Shown here: positions 27,963 to 37,081 of the stretch, one piece after another
Layout: each line of letters starts with the position of its first letter
Numbering within the stretch: the stretch's first letter is position 1
Assembly (NCBI GenBank): GCA_965228895.1
Contig: OZ245842.1
Coordinates: forward strand, 384,001-448,000
Direction: 5' to 3'
Length of the DNA stretch: 64,000 nt
DNA from: Alphaproteobacteria bacterium
Lineage (GTDB): Bacteria; Pseudomonadota; Alphaproteobacteria; SP197
Position numbers and translations under genes: made by a program
The notes under the pieces: model-generated
The model's input: only the letters and a program-made list of their open reading frames with translations
What the model was told of the DNA's origin: nothing
Databases searched by the model: none

Positions 27963-29402
27963 TCAGGCAGTAGAAACGTGAATCGCCGGCACACGATCAC
28001 GCCAAGGCTTGGCTTCCTCCAGGTTCTTGGCCAAGGCGAGGAGAACATCGTCCTCACCGAGGCGGCTGACAAACTGGACACCTATGGGAAGGCCATGCTG
28101 AGATGTACATAGCGGCAGGGAGATCGCCGGCTGGCCCGTCGCGTTGAACAGTGCCGTGAAGGTTTCGTGGGGCCCCAACTGGTCGAACATCGTATCCACA
28201 GTCGCGTCAGGTACGTCCGGATCGTACGTGCCGAGTGTCTTTGGTGCGATCGTACATGTCGGCGTCAACAGGACATCGTGGTCCTTAAGGAAAGAACTGG
28301 CTCGGCGTGCGGCGAGATCATAGTGCGCGATTGCGTCGATGAATTGCACTGCCGAGACTTCGCGCCCTGCGACATAGGTGGCCCAGGTCGTGGTCTGGAG
28401 GTTGTGTTCGCTTGGTTTGCGTCCGGTGGCGCGGGCGATGTGCGTGACACCGTGCGCCGTGTAGGCAGACCAGATGAGCTTCTGCGCCGCCAGATAAGGT
28501 TCGTAGTCGATTCTCGGCGCCACTTCGTCGACCAAATGGCCGAGATCGGCGCATAGCTCGGCCACCATGCGCACGGCGTCAGCAACGTCGCCGTCGACGG
28601 GAAGACCGGACCATGCCGTCGTCGTGAAGCCGATGCGCAAGCGCGATGGAGGACGTTCGATTGCCTTGGCATAGGCGTTCGCCGGCGCCGCAATCTCGTA
28701 GGGGTCGCCCAAATCGGGTCCGGCGACCGCGTCAAGCAGCACGGCGCAATCGCGCACGGATCGCGTCAGTGCAAAGCTCGACACCAGGCCGCTGAAGGAG
28801 TCGGCGTCGCCCGGCGCTGTGACGCGGCCGCGCGTCGGCTTGAGGCCTACCAGACCGCAGAACGAGGCGGGCATCCTGATGGAGCCGCCACCATCGCTGC
28901 CGCTAGCGATGGGTACTGCGCCGGCGGCGACAATCGCGGCGCTGCCGCCACTGGAGCCGGCCGCCGAACAGGTGAGGTCCCATGGATTGCACGTACGCCC
29001 GGTCAGGCGGTTCTCAGTCGCGGCGGCGATGGCCAGTTCTGACGTCGTCGTCCGTCCCAGGTTCACCAGACCCACCGCCCTGAAGCGTTGCATGAGGGTT
29101 GTGTCCTGGTCGGCCCGCAGGCCCTCGGCCAGTTCGCATCCCATTTCCGCGAGAACACCCGCTTCCGCCGGAAAATCCTTCACGAGCATGGGTACACCAC
29201 GAAATGGCCCCTTCGGTGGAGCGTTCACCGCTGCGGTTTCGAGACGATCGGCAAATGTCTCGATGACGGCATTCAGTTGCGGATTGACGCGTTCGATGGC
29301 TGACAGTGCGAGTTCGCACAGCTCCAGCGATGTGACCTCCTTGCTGCGAGTAAGCTCAGCCAAGGCCAAACCATCTAAGCGTGCATATTCCTCAGGACTC
29401 AT
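27963..29402 (-). CDS. Amidase signature family enzyme (6-aminohexanoate cyclic-dimer hydrolase-like)
   Basis: GVPMLVKD, GSSGGSAA, GSDGGGSIRMPAS (Ser-cisSer-Lys triad), TGQPAISLP. Start set at ATG 29402. Confidence 0.93.
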   Translation of the reverse strand: MSPEEYARLDGLALAELTRSKEVTSLELCELALSAIERVNPQLNAVIETFADRLETAAVNAPPKGPFRGVPMLVKDFPAEAGVLAEMGCELAEGLRADQDTTLMQRFRAVGLVNLGRTTTSELAIAAATENRLTGRTCNPWDLTCSAAGSSGGSAAIVAAGAVPIASGSDGGGSIRMPASFCGLVGLKPTRGRVTAPGDADSFSGLVSSFALTRSVRDCAVLLDAVAGPDLGDPYEIAAPANAYAKAIERPPSRLRIGFTTTAWSGLPVDGDVADAVRMVAELCADLGHLVDEVAPRIDYEPYLAAQKLIWSAYTAHGVTHIARATGRKPSEHNLQTTTWATYVAGREVSAVQFIDAIAHYDLAARRASSFLKDHDVLLTPTCTIAPKTLGTYDPDVPDATVDTMFDQLGPHETFTALFNATGQPAISLPLCTSQHGLPIGVQFVSRLGEDDVLLALAKNLEEAKPWRDRVPAIHVSTA

Positions 29403-29683
29403 GACAAACGCTTCCGGTCCCTGACGTGAAGGCATGCAAGAGGCGGCCAATCTTGGCGCCAGGTACACTGTAACACTGAATACTCGGCGGGTAGGTCGGC
29501 TAAGTCGATGGCCGCATGTATTGGTCCCAATGTTGGATCATGCAGCGCGTGTATGACTTCGGTGCCTTGCCTTGCCGGTTGGCTATCGCCTAGGCTCTCG
29601 TGAGAGCTACGGAAACGTAGCGGATCCACGAGATCCCATTGTGGCGATCGGGGCATAGGTTCTGATCTCGACAGGCGAGATGG

Positions 29684-30622
29684 GTGCGTGGTTGGGGGGC
29701 GATCTTGAGTCAAGTCTCGACAGTTCATTCCGCGTCGACCAGGACATTCATCTGGGTCTGCATGGGCCCCGTTATCGTCTTCCTGATCATTGTCGCGGTA
29801 GCGCCCGTCACGCTCGCCATCATCGACAGCTTCCGTGAATTATCGCTGACGTCGATCACCAAGCGCGGTCAGTTTGTCGGCCTCGACAACTACCGTGACC
29901 TCATTGGATCGGACGGCAGCTTTTATGAGTCGGTCGCCCATACCGCGATCTTCATGATCGTTGTCGTGCCGATTGAGTTCGCGCTTGGTTTACTGATAGC
30001 GCTTTGGATCAACCGCGAGTTCGCCGGGCGGCGCCTGGTACTGACGATCCTGATGATACCGACCATGATCGCGCCTGTTGTCGTGGGCATGATCTGGCGG
30101 TTCTTCCTGTTGCCGAGCTTCGGGATCCTGACGGTTTACTTGAATCGCCTGGGTTTTTTCGAAGAGACGAGCGTGTTCTCCGGGCCCGTGACGGCGTTTG
30201 CCGCCTTGATGTTGATCGACATCTGGGAATGGACGCCGTTCATCATGCTGATCATGCTGGCCGGCCTCACAGCGCTGCCCAAGCCGCCTATCGAGGCGGC
30301 AACGATTGATGGCGCGTCGCGCTGGCAGATCTTCCGCCACATCCAGTTCCCGCTGTTGATGCCGCTGATCATCGTCGCCGTTATGTTGCGCGCGATCGAC
30401 GCCAGTAAGATATTCGACACAATCTATGTCCTGACCGGCGGCGGCCCCGGCAACGCGACCGAGGTGATCTCGACATTCGCCTACCGCACGAACTTCGTCC
30501 GTTGGGACCTCGGCTATGGGGCAGCGGTTTGCCTGGTCCTCGCCTTCGCATCCCTAATTGTCGCGGCGATCTTCTTCAAGACCGTGAGCGGCAAATCGGC
30601 GCCGGCGGAGAAGACAACATGA
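29684..30622 (+). CDS. Carbohydrate-type (CUT1) ABC transporter permease
   Basis: FVGLDNY, WEWTPF, EAATIDGAS (EAA loop), TGGGPG. Start uncertain. Confidence 0.92.
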   Translation: MRGWGAILSQVSTVHSASTRTFIWVCMGPVIVFLIIVAVAPVTLAIIDSFRELSLTSITKRGQFVGLDNYRDLIGSDGSFYESVAHTAIFMIVVVPIEFALGLLIALWINREFAGRRLVLTILMIPTMIAPVVVGMIWRFFLLPSFGILTVYLNRLGFFEETSVFSGPVTAFAALMLIDIWEWTPFIMLIMLAGLTALPKPPIEAATIDGASRWQIFRHIQFPLLMPLIIVAVMLRAIDASKIFDTIYVLTGGGPGNATEVISTFAYRTNFVRWDLGYGAAVCLVLAFASLIVAAIFFKTVSGKSAPAEKTT

Positions 30623-31434
30623 CCCGGCGCAGCGTCGTTGGCTTTGCCTTGCCACTCGTCGTCTTGCTGGCGGTGGCCTTGCTGCCTTACATCTGGATGT
30701 TGCTTGCCAGCTTCAAGACGCGCAGTGACCTGATCTCTCCGACACCGAAGTGGATTTTCGATCCGACCGGGATCAATTACGCTGAGATCTACTCCAAGGG
30801 TTTTGACGGGTACCTGCTTAACTCGATCATAATCGGGTTTTCGAGTACCGCGCTGACCGTCGTCATCGGGACCCTGGCGGCCTACGGGTTTTCGCGATTC
30901 AAGATCCCGGCCGGGAATCACTTGTTCTTCTACATCCTGGCGACAAGGCTCGGGCCGCCGGTCGCTTATGCCTTGCCGATGTATCTGATCTTCAACCAGC
31001 TCGGCCTGATCAACACCTATGCCGGTGTCATCATGGCCCATGCCACGTTCAACCTGGTGCTGGTGGTCTGGATGATGCGGTCGTTCTTCGATGACGTGCC
31101 GCGTGAGATCGAGGAAGCCGCGTATCTAGACGGCTGCGGGCACTTCCGTGTGCTCTGGCGGATCACGCTGCCGATGACTTTTCCGGGTCTTGTCGCGGTC
31201 TCAATCTTCGTCTTGATCTTCTCATGGAACGAGCTCTTGTTCGCTCTCATCCTGACCGGCGGCGAAACCCGGCCGCTAACGGTGGTCATTCCGTCACTGG
31301 TTCTCCATACCGGCACGCAGTGGGGTCAGGTCGCGGCGGCGTCTGTTGTTCAGAGCATCCCGGTGCTCGTGTTCATCTTCTTCATTCAAAAGCAACTTGT
31401 TCAGGGACTGACCTTTGGCGCTGTCAAAGGATAG
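30619..31434 (+). CDS. Carbohydrate-type ABC transporter permease 2
   Basis: ATGA overlap; EEAAYLDG, SWNELLFA, GLTFGAVKG. Confidence 0.93.
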   Translation: MTRRSVVGFALPLVVLLAVALLPYIWMLLASFKTRSDLISPTPKWIFDPTGINYAEIYSKGFDGYLLNSIIIGFSSTALTVVIGTLAAYGFSRFKIPAGNHLFFYILATRLGPPVAYALPMYLIFNQLGLINTYAGVIMAHATFNLVLVVWMMRSFFDDVPREIEEAAYLDGCGHFRVLWRITLPMTFPGLVAVSIFVLIFSWNELLFALILTGGETRPLTVVIPSLVLHTGTQWGQVAAASVVQSIPVLVFIFFIQKQLVQGLTFGAVKG

Positions 31435-31452
31435 CAGCGACGGCCGGCGGCC

Positions 31453-32535
31453 TCATATCGAACGCAGGCGTTTTCCCGACGCGGCGTCAAACGCCAGAAT
31501 CTTGTCGGGTTTGGCCCGCATGCGGATCCTATCGCCGTAGCGTACGGCATCGTTGCGCGTGACCTTAGCCGTAATCGGTGGGCCTGCAGTCGCCAGTTCC
31601 AGAATCGTATCGGCCCCGAGGTGCTCGACAGCTTCGACGTTGCCCTCGATGGCAATGCCGCCGTCTTCGCCGTCGAGGCTTAGGTGTTCCGGACGTATGC
31701 CAATCACCACGGGACCGCCGGCCGCGGCCGAATGCTCAATGGGAAGGCCGATCTCGAGGTTGCTGGACTTGAACTTCGTTTCGCTGCCGTTCTGTTCGAC
31801 CGTGCCGTCGATCATGTTCATTGTCGGGCTACCGATGAAGCCGGCGACAAACGTGTCATCGGGATCGTCATAGACATCAAGCGGCGTGCCGACCTGCCGG
31901 ATGCCACCCTCGTGCATCACCACGATCCTGTCGCCCATGGTCATCGCCTCGATCTGATCGTGGGTCACGTAAATCATGGTGGTGTCGAGGCGATGGTGGA
32001 GCTTTATGAGTTCGCCGCGCATGGCGACGCGCAGCTTGGCATCAAGGTTCGACAACGGCTCATCGAATAGAAAGACGGCGGGGTCTCTGACAATCGCACG
32101 GCCAAGGGCGACGCGCTGTTGTTGTCCGCCCGACAGCGTCTTGGGTTTGCGCGACAGCTGCTCGGTCAGCCCCAACGTCGCGGCCACCTCATCGACCCGG
32201 CGCTTGATCTCGTCTTGGGGCATCTTCCGAAGCTTGAGTGCAAAGCTCATGTTTTCGGCAACCGTCATATGCGGATAGAGCGCATAGGACTGGAACACCA
32301 TCGCGACATCGCGATCCTTGGCGTGGACGTCTGCAACGTCTGTATCGCCGATGAAGATGCTGCCCGATGTGACCGACTCCAGTCCGGCGACCATTCTAAG
32401 ACTGGTCGTTTTGCCGGAACCGGACGGACCGACCAGCACCACAAACTCGCCACTGCCAATTTCAAGATTGATCGAATCGACGGCGGTCACGTCTCCGAAA
32501 CGCTTGGTCAGGTCTTTGAGGCGGACTTCGGTCAT
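31453..32535 (-). CDS. MalK/UgpC-type ABC ATP-binding protein
   Basis: GPSGSGKT, VFQSYALYPHM, LSGGQQQR, DEPLSNLD, FVAGFIGSP, TOBE tail. Confidence 0.95.
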   Translation of the reverse strand: MTEVRLKDLTKRFGDVTAVDSINLEIGSGEFVVLVGPSGSGKTTSLRMVAGLESVTSGSIFIGDTDVADVHAKDRDVAMVFQSYALYPHMTVAENMSFALKLRKMPQDEIKRRVDEVAATLGLTEQLSRKPKTLSGGQQQRVALGRAIVRDPAVFLFDEPLSNLDAKLRVAMRGELIKLHHRLDTTMIYVTHDQIEAMTMGDRIVVMHEGGIRQVGTPLDVYDDPDDTFVAGFIGSPTMNMIDGTVEQNGSETKFKSSNLEIGLPIEHSAAAGGPVVIGIRPEHLSLDGEDGGIAIEGNVEAVEHLGADTILELATAGPPITAKVTRNDAVRYGDRIRMRAKPDKILAFDAASGKRLRSI

Positions 32536-32693
32536 GACGATATACCCAAATAAGCGAGCTCTACCGCGACGAACAGTGCCACGCCCCAGAACCGGACCTC
32601 ACCGGGCGTCAGCCAATGGCTTCTGGTGTTCCAAACACCGATCAGGAGCTGAAAGGGTGCGCAGACCGCGGCGACAATGACATGCTCCAGCAT
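32532..32693 (-). CDS. Small hydrophobic membrane protein (53 aa)
   Basis: MLEHVIVAAVCAPFQLLIGVW...FWGVALFVAVELAYLGISS; two hydrophobic segments; its stop overlaps the ATPase ATG (ATGA). Confidence 0.55.
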   Translation of the reverse strand: MLEHVIVAAVCAPFQLLIGVWNTRSHWLTPGEVRFWGVALFVAVELAYLGISS

Positions 32694-32695
32694 GG

Positions 32696-32977
32696 CTATG
32701 GTTCCGTGTCGCGGTGCTGAGGTTTGAGCCAGAAGAAAAACGGAATGCTGGCCAGCAACGGGAAGACGAACAGGCCGACGGGCACGACGACGAAAAACGA
32801 CACGCCGAGGTCCAAAAGCAATCCGCAGCCGGCCACCAAAAGAAAGCAATACAAGATGGACCACAGAGACGCACGAAGATTGGGTCGATCGATCAGTGTG
32901 GGCCTCAGCAGTCTTGTTAGACGTTTACGTATTCGATTGCCGATGGGAACAACGATGCCGGCAACATCGTGATTCAT
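32696..32977 (-). CDS. Small membrane protein (93 aa)
   Basis: Basic N-terminus followed by two hydrophobic helices; ends 2 bp before the next ATG. Confidence 0.5.
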   Translation of the reverse strand: MNHDVAGIVVPIGNRIRKRLTRLLRPTLIDRPNLRASLWSILYCFLLVAGCGLLLDLGVSFFVVVPVGLFVFPLLASIPFFFWLKPQHRDTEP

Positions 32978-33083
32978 CGACCTGCAAGGTTCACATACAA
33001 ATTTCCATCGTGCTAGAGTGAACTCAAGTCCAACCGGCAAGGTGAACGCTTGCCGCCAGAAGGACAGGGGGAGGGGCGCCCGC

Positions 33084-34442
33084 ATGGAGCGGTCCGAGCG
33101 GTATGTGAAACTTGACGAGGGCCTCGTCAGCCGCAGGATTTTCTTCGACCCCGATATCTATCAGGTAGAGCTGGAGCGTATCTTTGCACGCTCTTGGTTG
33201 TTCCTGGGTCATGAGTCACAGATCCCCGAACCCGGCGACTATATGACCGCCTATATGGGCGAAGACCCCGTGCTGGTATGTCGTGGCGATGATGGCAAGG
33301 TGAGGGCGTTCCTCAATTCATGCCGGCATCGCGGCATGAAGGTGTGTCGGGCCGACCGCGGCAACGCGCGTCAGTTCACCTGCAGCTTCCACGGTTGGAC
33401 CTATGGCAACATGGGCGAGCTGAAAGGCGTTCCCTTGGGCAAGGATGCTTACGGCGAACGTCTCGACAGGTCGGCTTGGGGACTTCTCGAAGTACCGAAA
33501 CTCACATCCTATGGCGGCTTGATCTTCGGCAACTGGGACGCCGGTGCTGAGAGTCTGGACGGCTTTCTTGGCGAGTTCCGCTGGTACCTCGACGTCATGA
33601 TCGAGCGCCAGATAGGCGGCATCGAGTTTGTACCGGGCGTACAGCGTTACTCGTTGAACGCCAACTGGAAGATCGCGAGCGAGAACTTTGCCGGCGATAC
33701 CTACCACCTGCCGTACTCGCACGGCTCGATGTACAAACTCGACATTCCCCCACTCAATCCGGCGAGCCCCGCCAACAATGACTTTCGTGGCGAGCAAAAC
33801 CGTTACTACAACATCGGCCTCGACAACGGCCACGGCATGACTGGCGTCGTCTTTGGCGGCACCCGCTACGACATCGATCGCGAATTGGCCAAGACCTACG
33901 GGCCGGAGGTCGTCGAGTATGTCGAAGAGTGCCAGCAGCGGTTGATCAAAGCCTTCCCCAAGAGACAGGCTGGCGTCTACGCGCTGTCGTTCAGCAACAT
34001 GTTCCCCAACCTGTCGTTTAACGACTTCAGCGCGCTCAGGCCCATCGGGTTCTATCTTTGGCTGCCCAAGGGCCCCGGTCGTATGGAGGCCTGGAATTGG
34101 TGCGGCATCGACCGTGATGCGCCACAGGTCATCAAGGATCAAGCGCGCCTCGACTTCTCACGCATTCAATCGGTCAGCGGGATCGCGGCACAGGACGACA
34201 CGGAGAACTTCGAACAGGTCACCGAGGCAACTCGTGGCGTCGTCGGCCAGCGTTTGGACTTCAACTACCAGATGAACGTGGGACAGGAGCTGCTGGAGGG
34301 TCCGGAAGACTGTCCCGGTCGCTTCGCACCGTTCATCTCTGAAACCAACCAACTGAACTTCTATGCTCACTGGGCGGAGCTTTTCGACTCCCCCTGGTCG
34401 GGACAATCCCGTGGCCGGTCTCGAGTTGCAGCACAGCATTGA
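33084..34442 (+). CDS. Aromatic ring-hydroxylating dioxygenase alpha subunit (HcaE/BphA-like)
   Basis: WLFLGHESQIP.PGD, CRHRG...CSFHGW, NWK...ENF.GD.YH...SH, QDDTEN. Confidence 0.93.
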   Translation: MERSERYVKLDEGLVSRRIFFDPDIYQVELERIFARSWLFLGHESQIPEPGDYMTAYMGEDPVLVCRGDDGKVRAFLNSCRHRGMKVCRADRGNARQFTCSFHGWTYGNMGELKGVPLGKDAYGERLDRSAWGLLEVPKLTSYGGLIFGNWDAGAESLDGFLGEFRWYLDVMIERQIGGIEFVPGVQRYSLNANWKIASENFAGDTYHLPYSHGSMYKLDIPPLNPASPANNDFRGEQNRYYNIGLDNGHGMTGVVFGGTRYDIDRELAKTYGPEVVEYVEECQQRLIKAFPKRQAGVYALSFSNMFPNLSFNDFSALRPIGFYLWLPKGPGRMEAWNWCGIDRDAPQVIKDQARLDFSRIQSVSGIAAQDDTENFEQVTEATRGVVGQRLDFNYQMNVGQELLEGPEDCPGRFAPFISETNQLNFYAHWAELFDSPWSGQSRGRSRVAAQH

Positions 34443-34908
34443 GCAGTTCCTCTATCGCGAAGTTCGCCTGTTGAGTGAGCTTCGCTACGAGGAATGGCTC
34501 GATCTGTTCACCGACGATGCGCGTTACTGGATGCCGGCACGCGAGACGGTGGCCGATCAGCCCGATGCGGTTGCCGGGGAAGGCGAGATGGCGTTCTTCG
34601 ACGACGACAAAGAGTTTCTGGCCATGCGTATCGAGCGACTGCAGTCATCGCTTGCCCATGCGGAACGCCCACCTTCGCGCATGCGCTACTTCATATCGAA
34701 TGTGGAAATTGACGAGGCTGATGACGGTGACCTCGACGTGCGGTGCAACCTGATGGTCTACCAGTCGCGCCTTGAGCGCACCGAGGTGAGTTACGTCGGC
34801 CGCCGCGAGGACCGGCTTCGCCGTGACGGCGATTCGTGGCGCATCGCGCTTCGCAAAGTGATTCTGGATCAAACACTGGTGCCGAGGACGATGTCGACAT
34901 TCTTTTGA
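34411..34908 (+). CDS. Ring-hydroxylating dioxygenase beta subunit
   Basis: IEQFLYRE.RLL...EWL.LF.DD..YWMP, AE.PPSR, REDRLRR. Start is GTG 34411 or ATG 34363. Confidence 0.92.
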   Translation: MAGLELQHSIEQFLYREVRLLSELRYEEWLDLFTDDARYWMPARETVADQPDAVAGEGEMAFFDDDKEFLAMRIERLQSSLAHAERPPSRMRYFISNVEIDEADDGDLDVRCNLMVYQSRLERTEVSYVGRREDRLRRDGDSWRIALRKVILDQTLVPRTMSTFF

Positions 34909-34950
34909 GGCACCGGCCCTTTCCGGCCGTTGCGTGTACCGGAGAACACC

Positions 34951-37017
34951 ATGACCCGAGACCCACGTTTCGATGTTCTTTTCGAGCCCGTTCAGATCGG
35001 CCCGGTAACCGCACGCAACCGTTTCTTCCAGGTGCCGCACTGCAGCGGGATGGGTCACCTGCTGCCACGATCTGACGCTGCCATGCGTAGCATGAAGGCA
35101 GAAGGTGGGTGGTCGGTGGTCTGCACCGAGCAGTGCTCGTTTCACCCCCATGCGGAAGCAGCACCCTATCCGGAAACCAAGATGTGGGATCAGGACGACG
35201 TCATCCGCATGCGGCATTGGACGGACGCGGTTCATCACCATGGCGCGCTGGCCGGGATCGAACTGGTCAGCAACGCATCAGCGCTGCCCAACTGGTACAG
35301 CCGCGAAATTCCGCTGGGTCCCTCACACACGCCGGCAACCTATAGCCACGACCCCGTCCAGGCGCGCGCCATGGATCTCGATGACATCCGCGAGTTCCGC
35401 CGCTGGCACCGCGACGCCGCGCTACGGTCAAGGGATGCGGGTTTCGATCTGATCTATGTCTATTGCGGTCACGACATTGCCATGCCCATGGACTTCCTGA
35501 CCCGGCGCCGCAACCGCCGCACCGACGCGTACGGTGGCAGCCTGGAGAACCGGGTTCGGCTTTTGCGCGAGCTCATGGAAGACACGCTTGATGCGGTTGG
35601 CGGGGACATGGCCGTGGCGTTGCGTTTCGCTACGGACGAGCTGCTTGGTGACGACGGCGTCACCTGGGAGGACGAGGGCTGCAAGGTCATTGAGATGCTC
35701 GCCGACCTGCCCGACCTCTGGGACGTCAACGTCAGCGATTGGGCGCATGATTCCGCGACATCGCGTTTTAGTTCCGAAAGTTTCCAGGAGCCTTACATCG
35801 CGTTCGTCAAAGGCATGGTGAAAAAGCCGGTCGTGTGCGTCGGACGCTTTACGTCGCCGGATACCATGCTGTCGCTCATCAAGCGGGGTGTGTCCGACTT
35901 TGTCGGCTGCGCGCGTCCCTCCATCGCCGACCCGTTCATTCCGCAGAAGATCGACGAGGGTCGTCTTGACGACATCCGCGAGTGTATCGGCTGCAATATC
36001 TGCGTGACCGGCCAGCACATGAAGACGCCCATGCGTTGCACTCAGAACCCGACCGTGGGCGAGGAATGGCGCCGGGGCTGGCACCCGGAGAGGATCGAAG
36101 CCAAGGGGTCGGATGCATCGGTCCTGGTGGTCGGCGCCGGGCCGGCGGGCCTGGAGTGCGCGTTGGCGTTGGGGCAGCGCGGCTACCGGGTCGGCCTTGC
36201 CGAGGCACGACGCGAGCTTGGCGGACGTGTCAGCGATGAATCCGCGATGCCCGGTTTCTCCGAATGGGCGCGGGTGCGCGACTATCGGGCGTATCAGATC
36301 GAGAAGTTGCACGAGCGTGTCGAGGTGTTCCGCGAAAGCGAGATGTCCGCGGAGTCCGTTCTCGAGGCTGGCTATCAGCATGTCGCGGTGGCGACCGGTT
36401 CGCGCTGGCGCCAGGACGGCATCGGGCGCGCCAACACAGCCGGGCCGATACCGGGCAGCGACGCGGCGCACGTCGTGACGCCCAATGACATCTACGCCGG
36501 TGCGATCCCGGTCTCACCGGTCGTGGTGTTTGATGACGACCACTACTACATGGGCGGCGCGCTCGCCGAGAAACTCCACAACGACGGGCTCAAGGTGATC
36601 CTGGTGACGCCTGCGCCGGTCGTATCGTCCTGGGCGGAAGAAGCGCTCGAACAAGAGCATATACAGTCGCGGCTCGTAGAAATTGGGGTCGAGATTGTCA
36701 CCGGTCACAACCTCGCCGGAATAGGCGCCGACCACGTCGAGGTCGACGGAGTCTATGGCGAAGGCACGCGTCGGATCGATTGTGCGTCGGTTGTCATGGT
36801 GACATCGCGGTTGCCGAACGACGCTCTCTATTACGCGCTCAGGTCATCGCCTGACCGGCTTGGGGATGCTGGCATCCAGTCGGTCAAGCGTATCGGTGAT
36901 GCCCTGGGTCCGGGCATTATCGCTGCGGCCGTATGGAGCGGACACCGTTACGCCCGTGAGCTCGACGGTCCGCCGCCGGGTGATGTCCCGTTCAAGCGCG
37001 AACTCGTTGTCGTCTGA
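34951..37017 (+). CDS. Trimethylamine/dimethylamine/histamine dehydrogenase family protein, second paralog
   Basis: MTRDPRFDVLFEPVQIGP...QVPHC; CIGCNIC...C; GEEWRRGWHPE; DDDHYYMGG. Confidence 0.92.
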   Translation: MTRDPRFDVLFEPVQIGPVTARNRFFQVPHCSGMGHLLPRSDAAMRSMKAEGGWSVVCTEQCSFHPHAEAAPYPETKMWDQDDVIRMRHWTDAVHHHGALAGIELVSNASALPNWYSREIPLGPSHTPATYSHDPVQARAMDLDDIREFRRWHRDAALRSRDAGFDLIYVYCGHDIAMPMDFLTRRRNRRTDAYGGSLENRVRLLRELMEDTLDAVGGDMAVALRFATDELLGDDGVTWEDEGCKVIEMLADLPDLWDVNVSDWAHDSATSRFSSESFQEPYIAFVKGMVKKPVVCVGRFTSPDTMLSLIKRGVSDFVGCARPSIADPFIPQKIDEGRLDDIRECIGCNICVTGQHMKTPMRCTQNPTVGEEWRRGWHPERIEAKGSDASVLVVGAGPAGLECALALGQRGYRVGLAEARRELGGRVSDESAMPGFSEWARVRDYRAYQIEKLHERVEVFRESEMSAESVLEAGYQHVAVATGSRWRQDGIGRANTAGPIPGSDAAHVVTPNDIYAGAIPVSPVVVFDDDHYYMGGALAEKLHNDGLKVILVTPAPVVSSWAEEALEQEHIQSRLVEIGVEIVTGHNLAGIGADHVEVDGVYGEGTRRIDCASVVMVTSRLPNDALYYALRSSPDRLGDAGIQSVKRIGDALGPGIIAAAVWSGHRYARELDGPPPGDVPFKRELVVV

Positions 37018-37081
37018 CATCGAGAACGCCGGCAAGTGACCACGTGTAATTGTGCAAACGAACAACAAGGGAGGAAGTGAT

